From contig OX597820.1 in assembly GCA_951406725.2 (NCBI GenBank), positions 105,834,001 to 105,898,000 of the forward strand: a DNA stretch of 64,000 nucleotides, written 5' to 3'. The stretch comes from Octopus vulgaris (lineage: Eukaryota). The notes below the pieces were generated by a model, which did no database searches, was not told the DNA's origin, and worked only from the letters and a program-made list of their open reading frames with translations. Each line of letters begins with the position of its first letter. Position 1 is the first letter of the stretch. The translations under genes and the position numbers were made by a program. Below, piece after piece: positions 39,770 through 52,662 of this stretch.

Positions 39770-40325
39770 TGCTATTGGGCCTATGTAGTTGTATGTGAGC
39801 AGATACAGAGCCCTCGGTCCCCTCATCCTGTAAACCATCCAGTATGTAGCAGCTGGAGGGAGACAGGGTTACATTTGCAGCTGAGAAAATTGAAGCAATT
39901 TAAGATAAAATGATTTGCTCAAGGACATAATGCGCTCCCCACTTTAAGAAATGAAGCTCCGACTTTTTGACCATATGCCGAATACTTGGTTAGCTACTGG
40001 TCCTGAACTAGTATGGTACATTAAAACGCAAACTTTTCTGAGTTTCCGACCTACATGTGGGCCATATGCTCGGATATTGTTATACACTGCTGGTCACAAT
40101 GCACTTCCTCGCATTGCTGTAGCTTTCGAATGACGGCAAGCAGACTAACATTTCCTCTAACCGAAACACCAGTCTGTAGCAGGCTTACAATTTACTGTTG
40201 GGTGGACTAGGGCAACCTGAAATGAAGTGTTTTGCTCAAGAACACAACGCATTGCCCGGTTCAGGAATCGAAATTACGATCTTGTGATCGTAAGCGCAAA
40301 ACTCTAACCAATAAGTCACGCGTTC
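39770..40325 (-). mobile_element. Two tRNA-derived SINE relics (same head family as 54795 and 58570)
   Basis: Reverse complement of TTGAGCAAAACACTT..; head remnants GGAATCGAA..CTCTAACCA. Confidence 0.65.
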
Positions 40326-41080
40326 GTGCATATGTGAACACACACACACAATCATACATGCTTTTTAAAATGTTTAATCGGTAGAAAGTTGAAAATTAAA
40401 AGTAATTAAAACTAATAAAAATAATAAATATACTCGTGTATTGAAATGTATTTCTCCAGTTCTACCAAATCTAATATGTTTTGTCTGTGTATGTGTGTGC
40501 GTCCTTGCATGTATGATGCGTTTATGTCTGCGAAGAAATCTCATCTCTCCCTACCTATGTTAAAAAAACACGTACTTCAACAATTTATAAAAATTCACTC
40601 CCACGCATTCCTTTACTCACTTTTTCTCTCTCTCTCTCTTACTTACACACATACACACACACACACACACATGGGTATATCGTATATGTGTGGGAGAGAG
40701 AGAGAGAGAGAGAGGGGGGAAAGAGAGGTGGTATATAGATGATATTTTTCTCCCTGACCATTATTTCGAGCACGAGCACTTTTGTGTGTGAATAATGTTT
40801 TAAAGTATTGTAGATTACGATTCTTCCGGAAAATAAAATAGGAAGGGAAAATTTTTCTAGTCCTCAGATGATATATTTTATAAACACTCTAGTCTTAAGC
40901 ATGCATCAGATTTCGAAGAGAAAACAAAACCACTGTTCACAGTTTTAAACGTTATGCTGAAAATTATCTGAGTCTTAGGGAATTAACGAAAGTGAAATGC
41001 GAATCTTAGTTATTTTAGGAATACCAGCTGAATATGGAACGATTTTAGCCAAAAGGAAGTAAAGCACTCGGTGATACGCG

Positions 41081-42058
41081 GGTGGAGTTTCGGATCAGAA
41101 CGTCCACATAAGTTGGGTTTTCTCCGTTTTGACGGGGATTTTCCTAATTTTTTCCCACCACAGTCACGGGAATGATGGGGGGGGGGGGGATCTTTTTTAT
41201 GAAAAAATTAAATAATTTCGGAAAGACTTCCGCCCTCCCATTTTCTTCCAAATTTGTTTATTTTTGTAATTTTTTTTGCCCAAAATCCCCGTTTTCGAAT
41301 ACGGAGGTTCCGGAAAATTGTCAAAAATCAGCATTGTAAAATTCCCCGCCCTTGACTTTTTTCCCCAACACAAACCCTAAAACCCTAACCGTAAGTGCAG
41401 AAATGTTTTGAAATTTTTGTTCGAATCATGATGTCTATATTTTTCCGCATATTTAGAAAAAGAAAAAAAAAAAAAAATTCTTAAAAAAAAGTTTTACAAA
41501 GATTTTTTGAAATTTTTTTCAGAATTATAATCTCCATATTTTTCCGTATATTTTGAAAAAAAAAATTGTGAAAAAAGTTAAAAATGAAGAAAATGGGGAT
41601 GAGGTGAGGTAATTTAGAAATATCGATTTTTGCCAATTTTTTGCAGATTCGTGTTCCCCCGTAGTCGAAAAGGGTGGGATGGGGGGTCGAAAAAATTTTT
41701 TACGGATGGTTTTTTTTTGGGGGGGGGGGGGGGCGAGCGGAAGTCTTGCAGAAGCGTTTTCTGTAAAAAAAAAAAGAAAAAAAAATGAAAATATTTCCAG
41801 ACGGAAAGGTGTGTGATTTAAGAAAGATTTGGTTGGTGTTTCTAGCACATTCAACGACCACTTTTTCTTGTTTCTTTGTCACAAGTGTTGATGTTTTTCA
41901 AAAAGAAAAAAAAAAAATCAAGTTTTGAAAAATGTTATTCATAGAAAGATACTCCCCTCCTTCATTTCGTAGGCTATGGTGAAGAAAAAATTGGAAATAC
42001 CTCCGTCAAAAACGGAGAAAATCCAACTGTTGTGGGCGTCCTGATCCGAAACCCCGCC
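41081..42058. mobile_element. ~1-kb non-autonomous DNA transposon with GG..CC termini and 8-bp TSD (Merlin/Mutator-like)
   Basis: TIR GGTGGAGTTTCGGATCAGAACGTCCACA.. / ..TGTGGGCGTCCTGATCCGAAACCCCGCC; flanks GATACGCG (41073-41080) and GATACACG (42059-42066). Confidence 0.85.
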
Positions 42059-43342
42059 GATACACGTTGCTCTCACCACCTCAGTTAATTTAATGGTGAG
42101 CCGCACCTTCTCTCCGTATCTATTTTCAGTTAGATTTTTGCTTCAAGTAAGACTTTGTGTTCGGTCACGCGGCCTCTCATCTTTGATCTTTTACTTGTTT
42201 CAATCATTAGACTGAAGCCATGCCGGGGTGCGAAATTTTTTTTCCACGAGAGTTCCGGACCCCAGTAATGAACTCATTTGTATACAGCCAATCAGAGCAG
42301 TCACCTTTATCCTTTCTTCTTTCCTTGTCAGCACCGTGCATTCCTTACAAGATTTGGAAGCTGTCATTTTGTGCGTGACTGCATATTTTGTCAACATTCT
42401 GAAAATGCTTACTTTTTAAATATTTTCCGTGAATTTTTCACGGGTCCAGCTAGTTATAATAAATGGATCTATAATGCAGCCCGAAATTTTGTCAGTGAAC
42501 AGGTCGCGGTTTCAATGCGACGAAAATATTTTGACACAAATTAAATTTAAATGTTGAAGTGAATGTAACGGTTTTTGTGTTTTTTAAATGGCTTATAAAT
42601 ACCTTCCAAGCTGCAATTGTTTTTTGTTTCAACACACGATCTCAGATCAAATCACCTGCTATGCAAGTACATCTCCGTAATATATAATTTACTATTAATA
42701 ATATAATAGTATTCAGCGAAATTGTTTAGTACTCACACATTTTCATGACTATTTTGGGGGGATCTTTTCTGTTTGGTTGCCAGCGTCAATTTTCTGTTCG
42801 AGCTGATTTCATATTCAGTGCAATGATACACTTTTATAGGCTAATTAATGAAATGAAAGTAAAAAAAAAAACAGCTATTAGTAATTAAAGTTTGAAAGTT
42901 TTGGTAATTTTAGTCAATCGTTAAGCCACAGACACATTCATGTTTTTCTCTTTTAATTAACCTAAACATTTATTTACATGAAAGAAAATTACAGGAGAAC
43001 TTTCGTGCTAAAAATAACACCTAAATAAGATTTATTTACATGAAAGAAAATTACCGCAGACATAACACGTGTTGTTTACAAATATTGACGACACGTGCTA
43101 TTTTGTCATGCACAAAATGACATCTTTCAAATCCCGTTTCCTGGTTGGGTGAAAATGATTAAACTTTAAACCTCTATAACTTTTTAAAATCATTTTTCTA
43201 GAAAAAATGAGATAACTCCAGCAATTCAGTTTGGGCAAGTGTATTATTATGCCAACGTTGAAGTATTCAGTGAACATCAAAGGATCAACTCCAAGGAAGA
43301 AGAAATATTATTTATATATATCTATTCGTTTACATTATCTAC

Positions 43343-43625
43343 AATTGACGGATATTTGTCCTATTCTTGTTTGTTATTAACACAACATTTCGGCTGATAT
43401 ACCCTCCAACCTTCATCAGGTGTTTTGGGGAAATTTCGAACCTGGGTTCTCATTCCTAAGGTATGTTTTCGATGTTATTATTATTATTCAGGTCACTGCC
43501 TGGAATCGAACTCGGAATCTTGGGATTAATAGCCCGCGCTCTTAACCACTACGTGGGCATATGGCGTAATGGTTAAGAGCGCATGCTACTAACCCCAAGA
43601 TTCTGAGTTCGATTCCAGGCAATGA

Positions 43626-43677
<52 letters not shown>

Positions 43678-43809
43678 CATCGAAAACATACCTTAGCAAT
43701 GAGAACCCAGGTTCGAAATTACCCCAAGACACCTGATGAAGGCTGGAGGGTATATGAGCCGAAACGTTGTGTTAACAACAAACAATATGAGGATAAATAT
43801 CCGTCAATT
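43343..43809. mobile_element. Head-to-head palindrome of a tRNA-head, (AAT)n and hammerhead unit
   Basis: Right arm: A box TGGCGTAATGG 43562-43572, B box GAGTTCGATTC 43605-43615, (AAT)n, GACAC-CTGATGA-AGGCT..AGCC-GAAAC-GTT-GTGTT; mirrored in the left arm. Confidence 0.88.
43728..43773 (+). ncRNA. Minimal type-I hammerhead (PLE-type, palindromic AACGTT in place of stem III)
   Basis: CTGATGA at 43733-43739; GAAAC at 43761-43765; stem I GACAC/GTGTT; mirror copy at 43379-43424 on minus strand. Confidence 0.65.
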
Positions 43810-44389
43810 AATTCCTCATCTCTTAAATATAGAACAGTATTTATTCGTTTGTCCGACAAGTAGTTAGAGACAGTAGTACTTGTAGTGATAGCGAAATATT
43901 TTTCGATAGTGCCAAAAAGGTTGCTGTCCGTCAGTAGGGAGGGAAAGAGTAAGGAATGCACGGTGCTGACAAGGAAGGAAGGATAAAGGTGACTCTGCTC
44001 TGATTGGCTGTATACAAATGAGTTCATTACTGGGGTCCGGAACTCTCGTGGAAAAAACTTCGCTGCCGGCATATCGCCTCGAAGGTTTATTTTTTAGTCG
44101 AACAAATCAATCGCTTATTGTATTTTTTGGGTCAGGTACTTTGCCGATTTATTTTGCGGAACCGCTAAGTTACAGGGGCATAAACAAACCAACACCGGTT
44201 GTCAAGTGGCGGCAGGCGACAAACACATCCTCCTCGCTATCATAAACGCACACACACACTTGACGAGTTTCTTTCAGTTTCCATCTACCAAATCCACTCC
44301 AAAAGCTTTGGTTAGTCAACTCAAGGCCTGAACCTCGAACCATTTGGTTGGGAAGCAAACTTTTTACCACAAAGACATGCTGGGGATAA

Positions 44390-45130
44390 TAATCCTTTCT
44401 GCTATAGGCACAAAGCTTGAAGTTGGGGGAGGGGGATAGTTGGTTACATCGATCCCAGTACTCGATTGGTACTTATTTTACCGACCCCCAAATGATGAAA
44501 GGCAAAGTCGACCTCGGCGGAATTTGAACTCAGAACGTAGCGGCAGACAAAATACCTATTTCTTTACTACCCACAAGGGGCTAAACACAGAGAGGACAAA
44601 CAAGGACAGATAAACGGATTAAATCGATTATATCGCCCCCAGTGCATAACTGGTCCTTAATTAATCGACCCCGAAAGGATGAAAGGCAAAGTCGACCTCG
44701 GCGGAATTTGAACTCAGAACGTAGCAGCAGACGAAATACCGCTAGGCATTTCGTCCGGCGTGCTAACGTTTCTGCCAGCTCCTCGCCGCCTTCTTGCTGG
44801 TGATAATAATAATAACAATAAAATGGTCTCTAATTTAGGTATGTCAATAATTTTGAAGCGAGTAAGTTAGGCCGACTTCTATTTTATCGAAACTGGAATG
44901 ATGAAAAGGCAATATTGAACTTGATGGGATTTGAACTTAGAATGTAAAGAGTCGGAAGAAATCCTGAAAACCATTTTCCCGCTAATCTGACGAGTTAGCC
45001 AACTCACCGGCTTTAAAATAATAGTTTCTGATTTATGCACAAGGCCAGTAATTTTGACTAGTATCTCATTTTATCGATCCCGGAAAGAAGAAAGACAAAA
45101 GTTGGCCTCGGCGGGATTTGATCTCAGAAT
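44390..45130 (-). mobile_element. Cluster of tRNA-SINE copies with Nin/Deu-like domain; CpG well preserved
   Basis: Head reverse complement of GGCG..GAGCTGGCAGAAACGTTAGCACGCCGG at ~44790; body TCGACCCCGAAAGGATGAAAGGCAAAGTCGACCTCGGCGGAATTTGAACTC. Further copies at 49290-49530(-), 58118-58555(+), 58875-59200(-). Confidence 0.88.
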
Positions 45131-46062
45131 TTAATCGGATGTTAAAAAAACTGAAGAGGAAGGGAAAAAATTGTATACACGGTTATAAACTGTGTGCTAA
45201 AATCCCCAGGGAAGGAGACCTTCACCCAGAACCAATCAAGGAATCCCACAAATCCAAGATTACCCCTATTACTAAGACTAAGTGCCTTGCTCTCAACTCT
45301 CATTTCCTGGGTTAGAGGCAAATGTTAAGTTCTAGTCACATGGGCAATGCTCACCGCTTTTACCCAGTTTTCAATAAATTTGCAGAGAAGTAGTATTTCC
45401 CTCTTCATCCATAATTCTTCTTTCAAGTGGAACATGAAAAAAATTGATGAAGAAAGTGTCTTTAGTCCTTTCAGTCGGGTCCATCACACAACTTCCTTCG
45501 CCATTGTCATCAGACTGTGAAAAACTCCTTGTCTTTCCTGGTCAAAGGAAAGCGGCAGGCCAGTTTTCACAATGGACTTGGTCAATAGTTAGATCTGCCT
45601 TTACTAGATAGCAACACTTCAAATATCAGCAATACCTGGATACTGAACGAATGTCTGCAGGACGGTTTTTGGTGTGTCATGATAGATCATCTAGTGCCAA
45701 TCAATATTCAGTGGATTAAGAAAGGGTGAAAATCGCTGAGATAAGGTCCCTGGGGAACATTAGTCCCGCCCCCCCCAATCTTGGATCTTATAAAATCTAG
45801 GATGAAATAAATATCTCCCAAAGTTGAATATAATTAATGTTGTTTACCCGCAAGTCAATAGACATATGATCAAACGGTCTTCCAAGATACTCTAACAAGA
45901 GGACGCTCTTATTAGGAATCTTAGATTACATTGTCTAATGTGCCTTTCCACTTTTTTAAAGGCAGTAGTGTATAATTTGAAGAAATTTGGTTGCTACAGT
46001 AGGTCTACTACATTTTGCTGTTAAAAGCTTTGAATACTTTGGCCATATCACTGTAGATCCAA

Positions 46063-46469
46063 GGGCGTTCCTGAAGAATAGAGTCGGAAATTATCTAATG
46101 CATCAAAAGCATTAAAAAAAGCAATTTCTTCGGATATGTATGTTTTAAGCATCGTAGATTACGATCATGCTAATGATTATATATATAAATAGCGCGCGCG
46201 TATGTAATTTTGATCATCTCTTTTCCGTAAATTTTTCATTTTTGACTTTTTTCCAGATATATGTTTTAAAAAGTTAGGCATATTTCTGAAGAATCATTAT
46301 CGCAAAAGTTTAAATCATGAATCTAAAAATATTTTCAAAAAAGTGAAAGCTCAAAAATTACCCCCCTCTCCCTTCAAAATTGTAATCTATGAATGCTTAA
46401 AACATAAACACCCTGAGAAATTGCGGGTTTTGCTGAACTAGACAATTTCTAACTCTATTCTGGAATGCC
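46063..46469. mobile_element. ~400-bp MITE with ~100-bp imperfect TIRs (GG..CC)
   Basis: GGCGTTCC..AGAATAGAGTCGGAAATTATCTA..TTTAAGCAT..TAGATTAC versus GTAATCTA..ATGCTTAAA..TAGACAATTTCTAACTCTATTCTGGAATGCC. Confidence 0.75.
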
Positions 46470-46499
46470 AGATACCTACGTGTATGTACACAACACGCG

Positions 46500-46556
<57 letters not shown>

Positions 46557-46762
46557 CATCATTTTGTAACCTGCTAATTAAAAATAATAATATTCATAGA
46601 CTGAGTTCTACTTCTGTTTTTTTTTTTCGGTAAATTTTCAACCAAACACACATACATTAATAATTGGTAGAAGTTAGTGTGACTTAAAGGCCGAATTTCG
46701 TGTGTTGACCAACGCACAAAACTCGGTACTTGAGCCACTGTTACTTCAGCCGATTATTAACA

Positions 46763-46804
<42 letters not shown>

Positions 46805-47626
46805 ACGCATACACACTCATGTGTGTATCAGCATAGTATTTGTAAATCAATACTTCGTAAGAAAGTTAAAGCAATGTCAGTTAAATATCAGAGCAAGTAT
46901 TTCCTTCTTGACAATTTCCCGCTCTACATTTCATTCATAACTTCATACCTGACCTGTTTTTTTTTTCTCTTCTTACTCTTTTCGAGGTTTGATGTTTATC
47001 CTCTCCTTCTCACACACTCACCGCAACACCACCACTATCCATCATGCACTCCCCTACCTTTACAAATACCTGTATTATCATCATTCTTTGTCCTTTTCAA
47101 ACTTCGAAGCCTATCAACATCCCATCTCCTTCTAATATCTTATAATACTGTGTTTATTGTGATGGTGATGATGAAGTAATGTGAAGGCCCCTGTCTTTAA
47201 CACATTTCACGAATATCTTTCGTCATCCCCACCATCACTGCTTTTAATCCTCGCATTTCCTTTTTTTGACAACAAAGATTACTTCTCTTCCTCTTTTTAT
47301 TTTGACTCCCTCCTTTCTGTTTATTATTATTATTATTATTCATACTCAAATGCCTCAACATGTAACTTTTGAACCGCACGAATACACACGCAGTCATTGT
47401 CTGTGTCTGTGTATTTAATTGCGTGGACATGTCTAGATGTTTATGTTTGTTTCTTTCAATGTTTTATGTGTATGTGTGTTTGTAAATATAGAGTATCTCG
47501 GGCTACAAATCTCATTTCTTTGTTGTAATTCCCACTACCTTTTGTCTTTGTATTGTCTTAAATGTTTTCGAGGCTCTTATGGCCAATAAAGAAGAAATTA
47601 TTATTACTATTATTTGCCTTATAACC

Positions 47627-47663
<37 letters not shown>

Positions 47664-48132
47664 CTCTCTCCCAATAAGGCTTTTCCTTCAGGATGAACGT
47701 ACATTTTCGTACAATATATTCAAAAACCAGTTGCGGCTCGTATATAGAGACACTATGGAACTGCAACACCCCCTATTTCCACTCGATATTATCGATAACA
47801 TTCAATATAAGCCTTTTTTTCTACAATTCTTTCTTTATACTTGTACATTATATAATATTTAAGCTGAATATCTGTAGCCATCCCCTAGTTTATGAAAAAA
47901 TATTAAAATCCTTGTATAGAACTATGCGCTTCACAGTTCCAGCGATGTGGTGTTTGGCTGTTGTGTCCATGCTCACATGTCTGAGATAGGAAGCTTCATG
48001 CTAGGGAGAGACAGCACTGTCATTCACATAGTTCTGGTGAAAGGTGGTGTTTCTTTTTGACTCTGCGTGTGTTGTGCTTAAAAACGTGTTTATATTCTTG
48101 AATGTGATAAAGTGTAGAATTAGAGTATTATC

Positions 48133-48446
48133 CTTTAGCGTGTGTCTTCTACTAAAGTCCTGAACCAAGCAAAGCCTTGTGAACAGATTTGGTAGATGAA
48201 AACTGAAAGAAACCCATATCCTCCTCCTCCTCCTCTCCTTCTCCCCTCCCCCTCCTCCTCTCCTTCTCCCCTCCCCCTCCTCCTCTCCTTCTCACCAACG
48301 TGAGTTGGATGCTTTGGCAGGATCCAGCGAGTGACAGGGCTGTGTCAAGTTTCAATATCAGGTTTGGTATGGTTTCTATGGCTGGATGCCCTTCCTAATG
48401 TCAAGCACATTTCAGTATGTAGTGCATGTCACCTACACCAGTAAAG
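48133..48446 (+). repeat. Local direct duplicate of 50935-51215 (composite of two SINE pieces)
   Basis: Near-identical across the junction of two unrelated repeats; the CCT tract length differs. Confidence 0.88.
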
Positions 48447-51400
48447 GAAAGGAGTGTTCAAGAACTCATTTGCTAAATCACAGCCTTATGGCATTGGTTT
48501 CTATCTGGTCGAGACGAATGAACTGATACCATATTATCGTGCTAGCATAGCCCACACACTTGCTGTGCGAACAAACAAATGGAAGATCTACTAACCAAAG
48601 TAATGTTGAGCTGTTCATATTCTTTAACCTTTGGTTACTATAAAAAGAAGACAAATATACATTTGTTCTACCAGAGAATGAGGACATATTAACTGAATTT
48701 TTGGTCATGCAGGCAGCCATCGCCTGAGGGGAGCAATTAAAACAAGATAATGGTTAATGTCAATATGAATGTTTGAACAGATAAATAAGCCCATTGATAG
48801 GTTTATGAGCTATTATTTTTGTTTCAAGAGTAAATGCATAAGCAAATAACAGGTTAGATGAAGGTGGGTAGCGATTATATAGTGACTGGTTGGTGTGAAG
48901 AGAAGCCTTAATATTGTGATTGGTTGTCAGTTAGTGAACAGTGATTGATTATAATGTAGTAGAATTTCAGATGTGATCTCTTCATAGGTTCCATTTGTAT
49001 ATTTACTCATTTAGGCTTGGCTTGGCTTCGTGCTTTTACTTGATTGGGCTGGGGTCATTCCAAGTTAGTGATCTCAGATGCGTCATCATGTGTAGAGCTG
49101 ACCAGGTCCACCAGTGCTCTTCATTGCTGGGGATCCTGTGCCAGTCCCTCTGCAACCTCCAAGTGATATTGAACCTCTGGAGATTTTCCTCAATTATGTC
49201 CAGCCATCTGATGCGAGGCCTGTATTTTAGACCTCTTCCAGCCCTCAGTTGCTGCCTCGAATATTAACTCATTTACTCATTAACTAATTTATGATCCTTT
49301 CTAATTTAAGTACAAAGCCAGCAGTTTTGAGGGTAGGGGTCAAGTCAATTACATTTATCCCTCTCCCCTAGCAGTTGACTGATACTTTATTTTATCATTT
49401 TGTCAATCCTGAAAGGATGACTGGCAAAGTCGACCCTGGTAGGATTTGAACTGAGAGTATGATGCCAGAACAAAGGCTGCAAAGCATTTTTTCTGATGCT
49501 GTAATGATTCTACCAACTCTCTGCCCTCCAAAGAATCAATATTGCAATAAAAAAGTATCAGGAATTTGTTCTTGGTGCTGTGGATTGCGAATAGCTTTGT
49601 AGGACTCTAATTGTTTAATCATAATCCTCATCATTGTTGTCATCATCTAAAGTCTGCCAACCATACTGGCATAGGTTGAATGGTTCAACAGGATCTGACA
49701 AGCTAGAGGACTGCATTGAGCTCCAATGTCTGCTTTGGCATGGTTTCTATGGCTGGATATCCTTCTTAATGCTAACCATTTTACAGAGAGTACTTGGTGC
49801 ATTTTTTGTGGTACTGGTGGCACTAGTCAGGTTACCAAGTAACTCACACAATCAACAAGACTCCTCAACTAAGTGACAGTGTATTAGAGAGGGAGCTGGC
49901 TATATGCTAGATAGTGAGAGGCTAAAGAATGATAGAGGAACAGGAATAGGTATCTTGCTGTAGAGGAGATATATGGTTGTCCCACTTTGAAAATATTGTG
50001 TGTCAGAGACTAAAATACTAGCCCAAGACATACACTACTGTTGCTTCAAGTAATTGAAAAAAGAAAAAAAAAACATAAAGAATTAGTAAAATGATTTTGT
50101 CATTATTAAGCCTGTGTATGGAATATGGATTAATGGGAAATTTTGTGGAAGATTTATGAGATGTCTGTAGTGTTCTCAGGGTTAGGAACCAATACTTAGA
50201 AGACATCTTTATCATCAAAATATTATATATGGTTAATAAGAGCGAATTTTTATTTACTTTTAAGTTCCAATGAGTCTAACATAAATCTTCTCTGAATAGT
50301 ATATCAGTTTATTAAGTGCAGTATTTCTCATTGAGATTTTAAAAATTTGCCGTCCAATGAAACCAGAGGTGATTTGCATCACTTAGAATAAGTCATAAAA
50401 GTCACAGAAATGAATACATTCACATCCTGAGGAAAGGAAGCAGATCCGAAGATTATTGGGGCAGAGCCATTTCTCAAAGAAGAAATGAGAAGTGTGTGTC
50501 AAATGGCATTCTTTTATACATCCACTCTATTCACGTATTCTCATTCAAGTTTTCTCTTTATATTTTCTTATTGATCTGGTGCCTATTCTTGACATCTAAA
50601 TATAAAGTGAAAGTAAGCAGGGTACAGTCAAACAACCTCATGGAAAGGAGTTAAATACCTTTAAACAGTCATCACATCTACATAATATCATCGGTTAGTG
50701 AGTGGAAAAGTTATGAGAGTAACAGTTTTCTGTTTGAATTTTCCAAGCAATCCACTTCCTTCTGTTGTTCTTTCATTGTTTGTTAATCTGCATGGTTATT
50801 ATGTGATGTCACATGATATTTATGTGCACCTTGTTCATTGCCACCAATCGTGGTTTAGGCGCAGGCATGGCTGTGTGGTTAAGAAATTTGTTTCTTAACT
50901 GCATTGTTTTAGGCTTAGTCCAGTTGCATGGCACCTTTAGTGTGTGTCTTCTACTAAAGTCCTGAACCAAGCAAAGCCTTGTGAACAGATTTGGTAGATG
51001 AAAACTGAAAGAAACCCATATCCTCCTCCTCCTCCTCTCCTTCTCCCCCCTCCTCTCCTTCTCACCAACGTGAGTTGGATGCTTTGACAGGATCCAGCGA
51101 GTGACAGGGCTGTGTCAAGTTTCAATATCAGGTTTGGTATGGTTTCTATGGCTGGATGCCCTTCCTAATGTCAAGTACATTTCAGTATGTAGTGCATGCC
51201 ACCTACGCCAGTAAAGTTGTTAAGTAAAAAGTATCTTGCAAGACAATGAAAAAGCTACCTTGATTAAGTGGGGAAGGAAGTATTTGGGAAGAGCAGGTGG
51301 CATTATGCCTGGTGTTGAGAGGCCAAAATATGATAGAGGGACAAGCACAAGTGTCTTACTACAGGGGAGATAATGACTACTCTATCCTATAGATTGGTGG

Positions 51401-51734
51401 GTGGCAGTAGCTATGGAATGTATGTTTGTGTATATGTATGTGCTAGTATTTCCTTGTTTTGATATCACATATTAGTTTTAAATGTCACCATGATGCAAAC
51501 AGAACATGCAATCATTTCCAATCTTCTTTGAAAACATGTCCAGTCATGGGAACATATTATCTTACTTGGAAACAAGTGAGGATTGGTGACAAGGAGGAGG
51601 CGATCCAGATGTAGAAAATCTGCCTTGACAAATGCTATTTGATCCGTGTAAATATAGAAAAGTAAATGTTAAAATGATGATGATGATCTTCACAGAAATC
51701 AATTTTAATTAAAAGTATGCACCTTAATCCATAC

Positions 51735-52235
51735 AGGCTGCATGGTAAGAAGTTTGCCTGCTAACCACATGGTTCCATGTTAAGTCCCACTGTGTGGTAC
51801 CTTCTGTTATGACTTCAGGCCAACCAAAGTCATGTAAGTGAATTTAGTAGATGGAAACTGAAAGAAGCCCATCACGTGTGTGTGTACATAGATAGTATAT
51901 ACACTCGTATTTCATGTTGTTTGTGTTTTGTGACATCCTGTATCCATATATGCATATATATATATATTATTTATATTATATATATATAAATATATACATA
52001 TATATACATACATACATACACACACATACTGTGTGTCGTTCTGTGTGTATTTGTTCCCTACCACTGTGTTTGACAACCGATGTTGGCTTGTTTATGTCCC
52101 TGTAATCTAGCAGTTCAGCAAAAGAGACTGATAGAATGAATACCAGCTTAAAAAAGATAAAATTATTACTGGAGTTGATTTGTTTGACTAAACCCCAGCA
52201 TGGCCGCAGTCCAATGACTGAAACAAGTAAAAAAT
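51735..52235 (+). mobile_element. tRNA-derived SINE (CORE-like family)
   Basis: Homologous to 53596-54040; tail GCATGGCCGCAGTCCAATGACTGAAACAAGTAAAA. Confidence 0.82.
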
Positions 52236-52593
52236 AAAGCATAAGAATAATGTCAACCATGTAAATAAAACTTCACCACCGAATTAACCAGAAAACTTTC
52301 CATTTTCAAGGGATGAGTTGATTATTACAGCAGTTATGCTTTTCTCAAAGTCATTGATGGTATTAGTGAATTGAAATGGCTTCAACCTAGAATTGAAATT
52401 GGATCATGGATTCATCTCATAATGTTCTATAGTGTTTATGGCAGATGTGCTGTTCAATGAGAATAAAAAATGTTTGTGACTATTGGAAAGCATAGCATAT
52501 CTGTGTTACATTTGCAATCAGGTGACACTGCCACAAACATATACACACATGGATGCATGTATGCATGCACATATATACATGTATTTATATGTA

Positions 52594-52641
<48 letters not shown>

Positions 52642-52662
52642 TATATATATATGTGATATATG

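Larger units (their letters stand above)
42221..44071. mobile_element. ~1.85-kb non-autonomous element with ~130-bp TIRs, inserted in a minus-strand SINE
   Basis: 42221-42348 is the reverse complement of ~43949-44071; SINE tail at 42188-42220 continues at 44072-44380. Confidence 0.85.

Noticed and set aside
43555-43628. Functional tRNA gene
   Set aside because: Acceptor and anticodon stems are imperfect and there is no T-run terminator; it is part of a repeat unit.
48478-48720. 80-aa minus-strand ORF in unique sequence
   Set aside because: No recognisable domain or splice signals.
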